Below are positions 37,529 through 54,779 of a stretch of DNA of 64,000 nt, piece by piece (position 1 is the first letter of the stretch; each line of letters opens with the position of its first letter). A model generated the notes under the pieces. The model did not search any database. It was given only the letters and a program-made list of their open reading frames with translations, and had not been told where the DNA came from. Source of the stretch: the human T2T-CHM13v2.0 reference genome, Homo sapiens; the NCBI RefSeq assembly GCF_009914755.1, contig NC_060944.1. One strand, given 5' to 3'. The translations under genes were made by a program, and so were the position numbers.

Positions 37529-40458
37529 TCAGGAGGTTGAAGCAGGAGACTCGCTTGAACCCAGGACGTGGAGGTTGCAGTGAACCGAGATCGCACCACT
37601 GCACTCCAGCATAGGCAACAGAGTGAGACTCTGTCTCAAAAAAGTATAATAATTATCCCGGTGTGGTAGCACTCGCCTGTAATCCCAGCTACCAGGGAGG
37701 CTGAGGCATGACAATCACTTGAACCCAGGAGGCAGAGGCTGCACTGAGCCAAAATGTGCCACTTCACGCCAGCCTGGGCGACACAGTGAGACTCTGTCTC
37801 AAAAAAAAAAAAAAAGTCTCCATACGGCTTTCTCTTCTCACTCACAGAGTTTTCTCTTTGCATCTGTGTCTTTTTAGGTAAGGGGCAGAGTGGCCATAAG
37901 GGCCAGCCACTATATTCTTGGGGCTGACCCAGGCCAGAGAATGGGCCAGGGGAGGGGAGCTGAGCACTGAGCACTTCCTGTGGCTTCTGAAGCTCCAGGG
38001 GACAGTCTGCAGTGGGGCCCTGCTCCACTCCGCAACGCTGCTGTGGTTTCCTGTTTGCAGCTGCTGTGCTGGGCTGGCCTCCCCAGCCCCTCTACCAGCC
38101 TATGGATGTATGTGAGGTGGGGGTGCTGATGCTGCCTAGAAAATAGCAGGAGGGGCCTCAGAGAGGTCAACCCAAGAACGCCCAAGGGCAGGAGAGGAGA
38201 GACAAAGAAGCTGGAAAGGGTCCTGGGAGGGAGACTGAGGCAGAGAACGAAGGGTCCCGACAGCCTATCACAGTTGGTTCATATCAAGGCGGGCGCCAGG
38301 AGGTCTGTCCATTCCTGATACCTCCTTCCCTGGTCTGTTGCTATGCTTGCAGTGCCAACATTACTGCCCCACGTGGGCCTTTCTTGGGGGCCTGGAGTGA
38401 GAGGAGGTGTGGCTGGGTTTGAATCCTGGCTCTGCACTTACTAGCTGTGTTTCCCCAGGCAAATTATTTCTCTTCCCTAAGCCTCAGTTTTTCCATCTGT
38501 AAAATGAAGACAATGGAAGTACAATCCCCATACATTGTTTTAAGTCACTTAAAGGGCTTAACATAAACGTGGGGGCTGCTGCTCCTTCAACATCCCTCTT
38601 TGCCTCTGCCTTAAAGGACTCAGGGGCAGCAGCTCAGAGGGAGGCAGGGTCATCAAAGAGACAATCAACTTTGTGTTTTGATTGCAAAAGACCCTGCACC
38701 TGGGGTGGGAGAAGCCCCACATGAATGTGCATGTGGCCCGTTCCTACTCCTCTTTGGTCCAGTTTTTCAGTCTGTACAGTGGAGCGAGGAGGATCCATGA
38801 GATGACTTCCAGTGGGTTTCTAGCTCTGACTGGCTACTGACCCAAGAGATCCTGTCACCATTTTAATGTTTTGCCAAGAGATCAGAATCATGTTGTGTCT
38901 TGGGGAAGGAGGAATCACCTCCTAGTCAACGCAGAGAAATTCTGTGACTATACTCTATTAAAAATCCTAGTTGCCAATGTGTTGGCTGAGCCTAGATCCC
39001 TACTGTGGGCCATTCACATTCACTTTTATTTTTTGAAATGGAGTCTGGCTCTGTTGCCCAGGCTGGAGTGCAGTGGTGCAATCATGGCTCACTGCACCCT
39101 GGAACTCCTGGACTTAAGTGATCCTCCCACTTCAGCCTCCGAAGTAGCTCGGACTACAGGGATGCACCACCATGCCTCACTACATTTTAAATTTTTTTGT
39201 AGAGAAGTGGTCTCATTATGTTGGCTAGGCTGGTCTCAAATTTCTGAGCACAAGTGATTCTCCCACCTCAGCCTCCCAAAGTGCTGGGATTACAGGTGTG
39301 AGCCACAGTGCCCGGCCTGTATTATTTTTAGAAATGCAGATTTTTGCTCTATTGCTGATAGGCTCTCATGGCAGCAACATGGCAGATGACAGCCAGACTG
39401 CTAGACACCAAGGCTAGGAACTCCAGCCCTTCACATTTGGCCTTCTGCCCCACCCTCAAGTCATATCACACTTGGCTCTTGGCATTGGAGGGGCAAGCCC
39501 TGGCATCACTGTGGATCTCAAATAGAGGTATGTTTCCCAAACTCTGTGCCATGGAACACTGGCTTCCAGTGACCCAGGAGCTCCCTGAGAGCAGGGACCA
39601 TGGCCACCTCACTCAGCAGAGATGCCTAAGGCCTGACACATACAGTAGGTCCTGTCCTTCCCTGAAGCCTCCCCACATCATAGGTGCTGGAGAAGCATTT
39701 GCTGAATGAATGAACATGGAGTGACTCTGACTGGTGCTGCATGATGAAACACTCCTGTGTCAGAAACACTTGGGAAATGCCCAGTTAGGCAAACGCGACG
39801 CCTTAAGAAGTCTTGTGTTAACACGGATTGTGAACCTCTCAGAGAAGGATACGATTTTCGGGGTCCCCTAAACTGACCCCCCATCTCCTCTACTTCTAAG
39901 CAGGTGGCCCACAGAACACACTCAGAGAGTCCCTGTAATGCATCCTCTCGTTTCCCCCAAAACACACGCCCAGCACTGTGTCTCTGCTGAGTAGCAACCC
40001 CACTGCCTTGGGAGAAAACCAAAGCTTCTCAGCTCGGCATCCAAGGCCTCTGTGCTGGAGCTTGCTCACTTCTAACCTCCTATTGTCCCGAGGTGCAGCC
40101 CACTGGCCCACCCCAGCACCACTGTGTCTTGTTGCCTGGGATCCTGTGGGAACATCCCTCAGGATCCCAGGTCCACTCCTCCAGGTCCACTCATGGTCTA
40201 TTCCTCCATGAAGCCTCCCTTGATTGCTCCAAAGTTAGCTGCCTCTCCTCTGCTTTCATGGCCTGTCTCCATCTCCCCCAGCCTGGGCTCCACATGGTTC
40301 ATATGGGCAGGACACGGAGCTGGGGCTCAGGAAATCTTGGTTGACTGAGAAGTCAGGCAAAGCCTATTTTCTGGGCCGCACCTGCAGCCATATATCTGTG
40401 GGCTCCTTTCTGAGACCTCCACGTAGGGAGGGCCTGGGCTGGCACCGAGCTTACTCAC

Positions 40459-40562
40459 CTCTCCTGGTCTGGCTCTCCCGGATGAGGAAGGCCCCTCCAG
40501 GGTTCCCAGGTAACAACAGCAGTTCCTCTGCTTTCTCCCTGCTCAGGCCCTCATACAGCCAC
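40459..40562 (-). CDS. SLA2: SLA2 coding exon 4 (start of SH2)
   Basis: tccgccag|; WLYEGLSREKAEELLLLPGNPGGAFLIRESQTRR with FLIRES signature; G|gtgagt; 104 nt. Confidence 0.98.
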
Positions 40563-40906
40563 CTGGCGGAGCGAAAGAGAGGGACAAGGGACAGGGTCAG
40601 CCTGGAGGAAGAGGGAAGCCAAGATTTTACCACCACCGCTGAGTGACCCTCACAAGGCCCTCCCTCTCTGGGCCTCAGAGTTCTATCTGCTCCACGAAGA
40701 GCTGGGCTCAGGGTCTCCGAGGTCCATGCCATTTTTGTCCTCCCAGTCCTGGCTCCAGGGCCCTGGGAGGACAAACTCATGGGGACAGCCTCAGCTTTCT
40801 CTGCCTGGAGACCTCATTCCCCCAAGTAACCTGGGTTGGTCCCAGCCTCTCTGCTATCCCTGCTCAGTCCCCAAAGCACCCTGATTCTATCCACTCACCT
40901 TTCTAA

Positions 40907-41257
<351 letters not shown>

Positions 41258-41406
41258 TGAGCTGTCTGCCCCTCTTGAGGGCAGGACCTGGGTTCGATTC
41301 TCCCCCATCCCCAGCTTTGCTCAGCGCAGAGCCGTGCACAAAGGGGAGTTCTTGTGGGAGGAGAAAGCAGGAAGCTCTGCAAGGCGGGCCTGGGGTGGGA
41401 ACTCAC

Positions 41407-41493
41407 CCATGGGAGACTTTGGCCACGTGGACGCTGGGGATGTTATACTCTCTGCCTGAGACTTCAGACAGCACCGTCCACCAGTCTCCATCC
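41407..41493 (-). CDS. SLA2: SLA2 coding exon 3 (SH3 C-terminal half)
   Basis: ctctctccag|; DGDWWTVLSEVSGREYNIPSVHVAKVSH; GG|gtgagt; 87 nt. Confidence 0.97.
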
Positions 41494-41654
41494 CTGGAGA
41501 GAGAAAGGAGTGGGGGCACCTCTTTCAGATGAGCCAAGGCCCCGACAACCACACATTCAGGGCTTGCAAGGACCCTCTCAGGCTGGATCCTGTGGCCACC
41601 TGTCCTGCCTGTTTCCCAGGCTTCCCTGCACTAGCCTGTCCAGGTACCTCCTGA

Positions 41655-42162
<508 letters not shown>

Positions 42163-42353
42163 TAGAGATGACAGGGTCTTGCTGTCACCCAAGCTGGAGT
42201 GCACTGGCTTGATCATAGCTCATTGCAGCCTTGAGCTCCCGAGCTCCAGCGATTCTCCCACCTAAGCCTCCCAGACAGCTAGCGCTACAGGCACACACCA
42301 CCATGCCTGGCTCTATTAGTGCATATTCAGGTATCCAGTGCCCATGGACTTAC

Positions 42354-42453
42354 TCAGAGACGATGGTCAATGGCTCCCCGAGTCTCAGCGACAGCTCGGC
42401 CGGGCCACCTGCCGGGAAACTGCCCAGGGCCACGGCTGTGGCCTTGCTTCTCT
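42354..42453 (-). CDS. SLA2: SLA2 coding exon 2 (SH3 N-terminal half)
   Basis: ccatctag|; RSKATAVALGSFPAGGPAELSLRLGEPLTIVS; GA|gtaagt; 100 nt. Confidence 0.97.
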
Positions 42454-43999
42454 CTAGATGGAGGGACAGAAATAGTCACCTACTTAGCTAGCCCTGCTCC
42501 ACGCATGAGGTCTAGTGGAGTCTGGCCTGGGTCTGGCTCCCAGCATCAGCCCTCCACAAGCACCCTGAGGGAGTCCCATCCACTTCCTAAGAGGGCCACC
42601 CTGGAATCAAGCTTTTCCAGCAGAACTTTGCAGAGCCCTGACAGTGCCCAGAGAGAGAGAGAGAGAGAGAGAAAGAAAGAAAAAAAAAATAGTGATAGGG
42701 TCTTGCTCCATCACCACTGCACGTAGCCTGAGCGACAGGGCAAGATCCTATCTCTAAAAATTAGGCTCAATGCAGCCTTGACCTCCCGGGCTCAAATCCT
42801 CCAGCCTCAGCCTCCTGAGTGGCTGGGACTACAGGTGTGCACCACTACACCCGGCTAATTTAAAACAATTTTTTAGTAGAGATGAGGTCTTGCTATGTTG
42901 CCCAGGACACGGTGGCCATGAGGCTCAGAATGTGGTGACCATAAGGCCCAATTTCAAGGCTGGGCATCAGGCGGCAAGGGCACCCTCAGCACAGCACCCA
43001 CGCCCTCAGCCACCCCAGAGGGCAGCCTGCTCAGGCCAACCAGACTCCCTATGACCGCCGAGCCTTGTAGCCTGAAAATCCAGGTTTCAGCAGCTGCTGA
43101 AGGCCACTCACTGCACCCTAGCATCCCTCCCTTCTTCCCCCTTGTCCTTTTTCTGTAAGGATTCCTTAGCACATAAACACATTAAGTAGGAGAAGCAGCC
43201 AGGGTCAGCAAGAAGGGTCCCTCTGCATCCTAGATGCCCCTGTAGGAAGCAAGGTCTTAGAGGACTCTGGTGTGCCCTTCAGATGGAGCTGGGACCCCAG
43301 GAAGTGGGGCAGGGGAAGCAGACGAGCAGACAAGGATGGGGGTGTTGGGTGGCGGCACCGTGTGGGCTGAAGGGCCTGTGCTCCGGGTGGGCATGGGAAG
43401 ACCGAGGCTGATTCTGGAAATGGACTAGTTCCCCACATCCTCCCAGACACGTGTGGAGACCCTGCAGTGAACCCAGCCTGGAGAGCTCCCCAGGGGTCTG
43501 TCCTCTGAGGTCTCTGAGGCATAAGGCCTGGCCATTCCACAGTGCAGAGAAATGTCTGATGCTTGGACAAATGATGCACACCTTGTGATGGGTGCTCTCT
43601 GATGAGAATGGGAAAATGTGGCCTGGGAGGGCCCCTTCCCCTCCTGGAAGCCCTGGCCTTGCACTCCCGGGGGCAGCCACCCAGCTGCATACACTACACT
43701 GTCCCCCTGAATGGCCTCACTCTGCCTGGCTGGCTTACCTTCATCCTTCATTTCCCAACTGAAATGTCCCTTCTTTCAGGAAGCCTTCCCTGACCAACCA
43801 CCTCTGCACACACTCTTGGTCAGAATCCCTTAAAACATACTGCCACCAAAATCCAAGTTCTAGTTGGTTACGGGTTTAGCACCTGTCCCTGGGGCTCAAC
43901 TGTCCCTGAAGTCATGGACTGTGCCAGTCTTGTCCACTCCTGTGTCCCCAGGTCCTGTCACAAGGCCTGGCATGTGGTAGATTTAAAGTGGTTGCAAGA

Positions 44000-44313
<314 letters not shown>

Positions 44314-44363
44314 TACAAAATTAGCCCTATGTGGTGGTGCACGCCTGTAGTCCCAGCTACTCA

Positions 44364-44456
<93 letters not shown>

Positions 44457-44480
44457 CTAAACTCCATCTCAAAAAGAAAA

Positions 44481-44488
<8 letters not shown>

Positions 44489-44518
<30 letters not shown>
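44489..44518. repeat. (AT)15 microsatellite in Alu tail
   Basis: Direct reading. Confidence 0.95.
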
Positions 44519-44520
<2 letters not shown>

Positions 44521-44709
44521 TTGCAAGACTGAGTGGCCGCAGTGGCTCACGCCTGTAATCCCAACACTTTGGAAGGCCAAGGCAGGCAGATCGCCTGAGG
44601 TCGGGAGTTCCAGACCAGCCTGGCCAACATGGTGAAACCCCGTCTCTACTAAAAATACAAAAATTAGCTGGGCTTGGTGGTGGCACGTGCCTGTAATCCC
44701 AGCTACTTA

Positions 44710-44844
<135 letters not shown>

Positions 44845-46126
44845 TTAATCTGTTTTACTGTAGTGGTGACAGATTAATACCTTGTTTGACAGAATTCACT
44901 CACAATTCTCAATAATTCTTCTTTGGGGTAAGTAAATCTGCTCTGAATTGTCTTGGCTCATCAGTGTTTGCTTGTCAGCATTTTCTGTAATTGAAATAGA
45001 AGTGAGGTGACCCTTGTTCTATTAGTCAAGATCTACCTCTAAGGTGCGCGTGTGTGTATTTTTTTTTTTTTTTTTTTTTTTTTTGGAGACGGAGTCTCGC
45101 TCTGTCGCCCAGGCTGGAGTGCAGTGGTGCGATCTTGGCTCACTGCAACCTCTGCCTTTCAGATTCAAGTGATTCTCCTGCCTCAGCCTCCTGAGTAGCT
45201 GGGATTACAGGCACCCACCACCATGCCTGGCTACTTTTTGTAGTAGAGATGAGATTTCACCACGTTGGTCAGGCTGGTCTCGAACTCCTGACCTCGTGAT
45301 CTGCCCGCCTCGGCCTCCCAGAGTGCTGGGATTACAGGCGTGAGCCACTGCACCCAGCCTACCTCTAAGGTTTCAATCCTTTTGAGCCCAGTACTCTTGT
45401 TTGAAATGTCCAGTTGTAAACTTTGCTACATATTTGCAGGCACATTGATGTTATTTCTTCAACATAGGCTCATATTCTGTGAAGTTTGCTTTTTTTTTTT
45501 TTTTTTTTTTTTGAGACAGTCCTGCTCTGTTGCCCAGGCTGGAGTGCAGTGGCATGATCTTGGCTCACTGCAATCTTGACCTCCTGGGTTCAAGCGATTC
45601 TCCTCCCTCAGCCTCCTGAGTAGCTGGGATTACAGGCACATACCACTATGCCTGGCTAATTTTTTTGTACTTTTAGGAGAGACAGGGTTTCTCCATGTTG
45701 TCCAGGTTGATCTCGAACTCTTGACCTCAGGTCTGCCTGCCTCGGCCTCTTTTTTTTTTTTTTTTTTTTTTTGAGACAGAGTCTCACACTGTCGCCCGGG
45801 CTGGACTGCAATGGCATGATCTTGGCTCACTGCAACCTCCACCTCCTCCTGGGTTCAAGTGATTCTCCTGCCTCAGCCTCCCGAGTAGGTGGGATTACAG
45901 GCACCCACCACCACGCCCAGCTAATTTTTTGTATTTTTAGTAGAGACGGGGTTTCACTATGTTGGTCAGGTTGGTCTTGAACTCCTGACCTCATGATCCG
46001 CCCTCCTCAGCCTCTTAAAGCGCTGGGATTACAGGCATGCGCCTGGCCTGAAGTTTGCTTTTTTTTTAGTCAGCTCTGTAAAACAGTGTGCTAAGATTTT
46101 CACATCTTTAATTATCACATGGTTGA

Positions 46127-46596
<470 letters not shown>

Positions 46597-46619
46597 TGAA
46601 GTAGTGTGATCTTGTTATC

Positions 46620-47327
<708 letters not shown>

Positions 47328-47875
47328 TTATCGAAATCCCTATCAAGGTGTGACTTGAGAAAGGATTTGTGGTCTGTTTTGGGAGAAGAAGAAACAGACC
47401 TGGGGCCATAGTTCCAACATCAAAATACTAGAATTGCGGCCGGGTGCAGTGGCTCACGCCTGTAATCCCAGCACTTTGGGAGGCCGAGGTGGGTGGATCA
47501 CGAGGTCAGGAGATTGAGACCATCCTGGCTAACACAGTGAAACCCTGTCTCTACTAAAAATACAAAAAAAAAAAAAATTAGCCAGGCGTGGTGGCGGGCA
47601 CCTGTAGTCCCAGCTACTCGGGAGGCTGAGGCAGGAGAATGGCGTGAACGCAGCAGGCGGAGCTTGCAGTCAGCCAAGACTGTCCCACTGCACTCCAGCC
47701 TTGGAGACAGAGTGAGACTCCGTCTCAAAAAAAAAAAGAACAAAAAAACTAGAATTGCTAGGATATTTTTATTGTTCAACTGTCCAAGAAACTGGGAGTT
47801 TTAGTCAAGACTATATTAGAAAATCATGGTTATAGACTCAGCATATGCATTGTATATGCTATTTTTCCACCATTA

Positions 47876-48202
<327 letters not shown>

Positions 48203-48249
48203 CTAATTTCACTTCAGGTAATTTCATAGTACCTCTCGGGTCCACTAGG

Positions 48250-48748
48250 ACAGTATAGCAGAACTTTCTGCAACAATGGAAATGTTCTATAATTGTGTGC
48301 TGTCTAACAAGGTGGTCACTTACTACGTGTGCTATTGAGCACTTAAAATGTGGCTGGGGTGATGAAAGACCTTTTTTTTTTTTTTTTTTTGTTAGACGAA
48401 TTTTCACTCTGTTGCCCAGGCTGGAGTGCAGTGGCATAGTGGCATGATCTCGGCTCACTGCAACCTCTGCCTCCCGGGTTCAAGTGATTCTCTTGCCTCA
48501 GCCTCCTAAGTAGCTGGGATTACAGGCACCCACCACCATGACCGGCTAATTTTTGTATTTTTAGTAGAGACGGGGTTTCACCATGTTGGCCAGGCTGGTC
48601 TTGAACTCCTGACCTCAGGTTATCTGCCCGCCTTGGCCTCCCAAAGTGCTGGGATTACAGGCGTGAGCCACCGTGCCCCACCCTGGCCTAAAATGTTAAA
48701 TTTAAGCAGTTACGTGTGGCTGGTGGCGACTGCAATGGACAGTGCAGC
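48250..48748. mobile_element. MER3-like hAT element split by an Alu
   Basis: agaactttctgcaacaatggaaatgttcta...tattgagcacttaaaatgtggct, resuming cgtgtggctggtggcgactgcaatggacagtgcag. Confidence 0.75.
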
Positions 48749-49110
48749 TCTGGGGGCTGGGGAGGTGGGGCTGGCCAGCTCGGTGTTTGGATAAACAACT
48801 GGTTGAGAAGGAGGGAAGCCTTGGGAAATGCCTGGGGGACTGTCATGCCCTCCTGGTTTAATATTCTGGTTAGTGCCTGTTGCTTTCTCCTGTTTTCTCA
48901 TTTATGCCATTGTTTACTGTTCTTACTGCTAAGGTAGGCTGTATAGGAGCAGGGACCCTGCTGTATGGCTCAGTAGGCAGGGCCTGGTATGCAGCAGGCC
49001 CTCAGCGGTGCTTACACTGTGTTGGAGCTGCTGGCCAGGAAGGCCCACAGAGGCAGTGAAGTCTAGTACTGTGTGGGAAGAGCCTGGCTGTCACAGGCCC
49101 TGAGGCCTAC

Positions 49111-49201
49111 CTGCTTCCATGGTCACAGGTCCCTGGCCTTGGACAGAGGAACTCAAGCTTGGGCTTGGCAGAGATTTTCTTCTGCTGGGCAGACTTCCCA
49201 T
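49111..49201 (-). CDS. SLA2: SLA2 first coding exon (exon spans 49111-49244)
   Basis: acaATGG start; MGSLPSRRKSLPSPSLSSSVQGQGPVTMEA with MGxxxS myristoylation motif; CAG|gtaggc; acceptor tgtctctttcag| at 49244. Seven exons sum to 261 aa. Confidence 0.97.
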
Positions 49202-49843
49202 TGTTCCTCAGCAGAGCACTCAGAAGCACATCATCGAGGGAAATCTGAAAGAGACACAGTGATGGGGACAGAGCCGAGGCTTCTGGCCCAATCTCAGATA
49301 CCTCTCCCTCCCCAGATCGGCCCTGGCTACCTCCTCACAGAGCATGTGAATGACCTCCCTCCTGTGGGACCAGGCTCCAGCCTCTCTGCCAGCCTCTGAA
49401 GGCTTCCTGCACATTGGACGCTGTTTTCTCCACATCTCATCTTTTTTATGCCACAACAGGCTCAACTTTTTCTTTCTGGGCCTCTGCTTGGGTCCCTCCG
49501 ATGGGCAGTCATGCCCTCTCCTCTCCTTCAGTCCTGTTTGGATCCCATTCTTCCTTCCCCAGGAAGCCTCCCAGCCCCTAGCCTTTGTTGATCACTCCTT
49601 TGAATTCCTATGGCTCACTTAGAACCCTTTCTCTGACCCGGGATCACACTTGGCTACTGGGTGGCAGGGGACAATGACAGGACAGTGAGCTTCCTCCAGG
49701 CATACCAGGAACTGTGGCTTGGATCAGAGGTCTGCAAGGAGGGCTGGGTGTGGTGGCTCATGCCTGTAATCCCAGCACTTTGGGAGGCTGAGGCAGGTGG
49801 ATGACCTGAGGTCAGGAGTTCAAGACCAAGACCAGCCTGATCA

Positions 49844-50128
<285 letters not shown>

Positions 50129-50509
50129 TTATTGGTGTCACAGGGCCAAGTAAGAGTACTTGTCTCAGCCTCCTGAGTTGCTGAGATTACAGGCATGAGC
50201 CACCAGGCCCGATACTTTAAGAGGCCGAGCACTTAATCCCAGCACTTGAAGCGGCTGAGAAGGGTGGATTGCTTGAGTTTAGGAGTTCTAGACCAGCCTG
50301 GCCAGCATGGCAAAATCTAGTCTCTACAAAAGAAACCACAAAAATTAGCCGGCTGCGGTGGCGCACACCTGTAATCCCAGCTATTCGGGAGGCTGAGGTG
50401 GGAGGGCGGGAGGATTGCTTGAGCTTGGGAGATGGAGTTCACAGTGAGCCAAGATCATACCACAGTTAGTCAACTGCACTCCAGCCCAGGCAAGAGTGAG
50501 ACGCTGTCT

Positions 50510-50542
<33 letters not shown>

Positions 50543-50729
50543 ACCGTGGGTTGTATGATGCAGTGATGACTTGCAAGGCTTTAGGGGACTGACTGTTGAG
50601 CCACTTCCCCTCTCTGTGCCTCCTTTTCCTCATCTGAAAAATGGGGATAACAACACTCAACATACAGGTCCGAGAGATAACGCACATGAAAACCCTGACC
50701 AGCCCCCTGTTTCCTTTACCACGTCCTGA

Positions 50730-51106
<377 letters not shown>

Positions 51107-51948
51107 TAGTAGAGATGGGGTCTCCCCATATTGGTCAGGCTGGTCTTGAACTCCCGACCTCAGGCGATCCGCCCTCCTCGGTCTGCCAAAGTGCTGGGAT
51201 TACAGGCATGAGCCACCGCACCCGGTCCTTTTTTCTTAAGTTACGGGCTCATGCCATGTTGCCCAGGCTGTTCTTGAACTCCTGGGCTCCACCAATCCTC
51301 CCACCTCAGCTTCCCAAAATCCTGGGATTACAGGTGTGAGCCATGGGACCCAGCCTCCCTTGGGAAGTTTTCATCATTCATTTGAGAGTTTACTTGTTTA
51401 ATCTGCCACTATCCTGTAACTGCATGAGGACAAAGACTTCTTTTGTTTGCCTATTACTCAGCATTTAGTGAGGCATCACAGAAAGCACTCAGCACACATT
51501 AACTAAATGAGACTGTTAGCTCTTCAGACAGGTAGGTGTCTTATCGTTAGAATAGTTTAAATCCCCGGATTTCCAGGGTAGTGCTGATTTTTCCAAACAC
51601 TATTTTAAAGTGTTTGGGGAGTGGGAGGCGGAGCTTTGTCTTTCTTTTCAGATGGTTTCATTCTTTTCAGTAGGGACAAGGCACAGTTACACAATTGGCC
51701 CAGTTCAGCTGATATTCATGGAGCTTCTGCTCTGTGTCAGGCACCTGCCAAGGACTGGTGGTCCCTGGAGGGGAACCCATGCACCTTACTCTGGAGGAGA
51801 TCACTGAATGGGGTGGTGACAGAGTGGGCTCATTCCTTGCCTTTGAACCCCACACTGCCTGGATGAGGACGGGCGTCCATCAATATCATGGAGTGATTTC
51901 TGTGGCGTCCTGGACCAGTCCTGTCTGGGGAGTAAAGATCCTACCTTA

Positions 51949-52314
<366 letters not shown>

Positions 52315-54177
52315 CTAATACCTGCTTGCTGCTCCCTCCGTATGGGGAGTTCGGCATTCATCTGGAAGGGAGCTCTTGAACACAGAATGGGCATATGGCA
52401 TGGAAATGGGTCCTGACAGCCACTTCCTGCTCAGCCTTTTAGGATCCTGCAGCCTGGGTACACTGAAATGGTGCTGCTGTTCTTGAGGAGGTTTTTTGTT
52501 TTTGTTTTACATTATTGGGGTCTTGCTGTGTTGCCCAGGCTGGTCTTGAACTCCTGGGCTTAAGCGATCCTCCTGGGGAGGATTTTTACAAACCCAAGAC
52601 CAGGAAACCCCAGGGAGAGAACCTCTGGCTTGGGTAGCATGAGTGCCCACTTGAACCTGGCTGGAGCTGTGTGGCCTCAGGCAAAGCATGCAAGCTTCCC
52701 CCGTCTCATCTGTGAACGAGGTGCACTACAGGCGCCACGGGGCTGTGGGGAGAGTTGCAGGAGTCTGGCACAGAGTGGGTGCTCAGTAAGGCTTAGTTTC
52801 CTTTCCCCTCCTTCAGGAAGACCACAGTTACCACCTGCAATAAACTGAGAGACTCCTTCCTGCCGCAGGTGGAGCTGGGGGCTGGGCCCAAAGGCAGATG
52901 GAGACAGGGGAGCTGTACTCAGGCTGAAAGCCTCCCCAAAGTCTCTGCAGCTCCCTTCACCTGGTCAAGGACTTGGTCAGGTCAAGGCCAATAAGCCCCT
53001 GGGGGCAAAATAAAGACCATACAATGGGCCAGCCTAGGAGGAGGCAGAGTATTAGCCGCACATTTTGTAAGACAGCATCAAATCATTAACTCTACAAATT
53101 TTTGAAAAACTTACTATGTGCCAGGCACTTTCCGGAGGACATGAGGCATCGGGTGAAAGGAAAAAGTTAGTCAACGGCAGCCGAGATGAGCACGCTGCCC
53201 AGAATATTGTGTTTTTTTTTTTTTTTTTTTTCAGTATCTCACTTGGGTCCCATTTCAGATACAGTGACCAAGTCCCTGAGAGGACAACCATGTGATTCTG
53301 TTCATGTAGCCCATTCGTGCAGGACTGGGCCTGCCATCATGTGTATTTTGTGCTTCTGAAGATCATTTTTCAGCAGTGGGGGTAAGAGTGATGAATTTGG
53401 CCAGGCACAGTGGCTCATGCCTGTAATCCCAGCAATTTAGGAGGCTGAGACAGGAGGATTGCTTGAGGCCAGGAGTTCGAGACCAGCCTGGGCAACATAG
53501 TGAGAACCCCCACCCCCACCCCCACCACCGCCTGCCATCTCTACAAAAATATAACGAATTAGCTGGGCATGGTGGTACATGCCTGTAGTCTCAGCTACTT
53601 GGGAGGCTAAGGCAGGAGGATCACTTGAGCCCAGTGGTTCAAGTCTATAGTTAGTCATAATTACGCCGCTGCACTCCAGCCTGGGTAACAGAATGAGACC
53701 CCAACTCAAAAAAAAAAATGAATTTGGATTGAGTTAAAGGGAGACCTCTCCCTCTCTTCCAATTGAGAAATATCACCCCTTTGAGAGTGAGAGTGCACTG
53801 TAGGCTCTACAGCTGAAATGTCTTGAGAGATGGTAGCCCTCACGTTCCTGACTTTGGAGTCTGACTGCAGCGCAGAGAGGGGCCCAAAGTCACACAGCAA
53901 GTGCGCACCTGAGATGGGACTAGGACGGGCGTGAAGACAAGCTGCACGGAAGAGCGTAAGCTCCAAGAGGAGGTCAAAGGTGGAGCAGGTGAGTCTTGGT
54001 TCTTCTGGGACCCCCAGAAACCACCCCTCTTTACAGCCTCAGTAGAACCACTCCCCCTTCTCCTTGAGCTTGTTTTTTTCCCAACAGCAAATAAAGCCCA
54101 GTCCCAGTCGGGGCAGGGGAGACCATTCTTCCTCACCTGTCTCCAGGCCATCCAAGAACAAAAGCAAGCATACTTAC

Positions 54178-54537
54178 TGGTTTGTCATCAAAGGCTTGGG
54201 AAGACAGCTCTGCTGAGACGCATGCTCTGGCTGGACAGGTTAGGGCTTTGGGGGCCCTTCTGGAAGTCTGCCAGTGTCCTTGGTCCTAGGACACCCAGAA
54301 CTCTCTCAGCCTGGGAGGATCTTCAGGGAGAGGCTAGGTGTTGGTTTGGGTAGCTCAGCATCTGTCTGCAGTCAGCAGTTTGTACACCAGGGATGGATCA
54401 GCTGCCCCATGCTCCTTAGGGATTCTGGACTGGGGAACCCTCCCAAGCACAGCCGAGCCAGGGAGGGAAGGCCCAGGGCCCTTTGAGCTCTGTCACAGAG
54501 ACACAGGCGTGGGGTCCTTGGAGCTCTAGCTCCGACT
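54178..54537 (-). other. SLA2: SLA2 non-coding exon 1 (5'UTR); 5' end approximate
   Basis: Consensus donor CCA|gtaagt at 54178/7 in unique non-repeat sequence; junction matches my recollection of the mRNA. The TSS cannot be read from sequence. Confidence 0.7.
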
Positions 54538-54630
54538 GCAGACTCTGTGGTTCTCACAACCACCCGTTTCCTCTGACGGCATCACAGACCGTCGAGGAGC
54601 CACCTTCCCCGAGTTCCTGTTTCTAGGGGA
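54538..54630 (-). promoter_or_regulatory. Putative SLA2 proximal promoter (RUNX/ETS type, TATA-less)
   Basis: RUNX TGTGGTT 54546-54552, AACCAC 54558-54563, GGAA cores (gtttcct 54566-54572), locally retained CpGs; consistent with haematopoietic expression. Confidence 0.5.
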
Positions 54631-54779
54631 GCAGCTGCTGCCTTGTCATGATCGTGGAGCAAAAGGTTTTTCTCTGGCTTTGTGGCTTAGTCTTGTCCAA
54701 GGAACACAGGACTGAGGAAAATGAGCCGGAGTTCCCATGCTGGCCTGACCATAATAATCACTCAGCGGGACTTAATTGT

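Noticed and set aside
43205-43751. Three overlapping 108-161 aa minus-strand ORFs in an SLA2 intron
   Set aside because: No domain resemblance or convincing splice sites; SLA2 is complete at 261 aa without them.
53844-54151. Alternative candidate for SLA2 exon 1 (donor AAC|gtgagg at 53844)
   Set aside because: Weaker than the GTAAGT donor at 54178 and unsupported; a minor alternative exon cannot be excluded.
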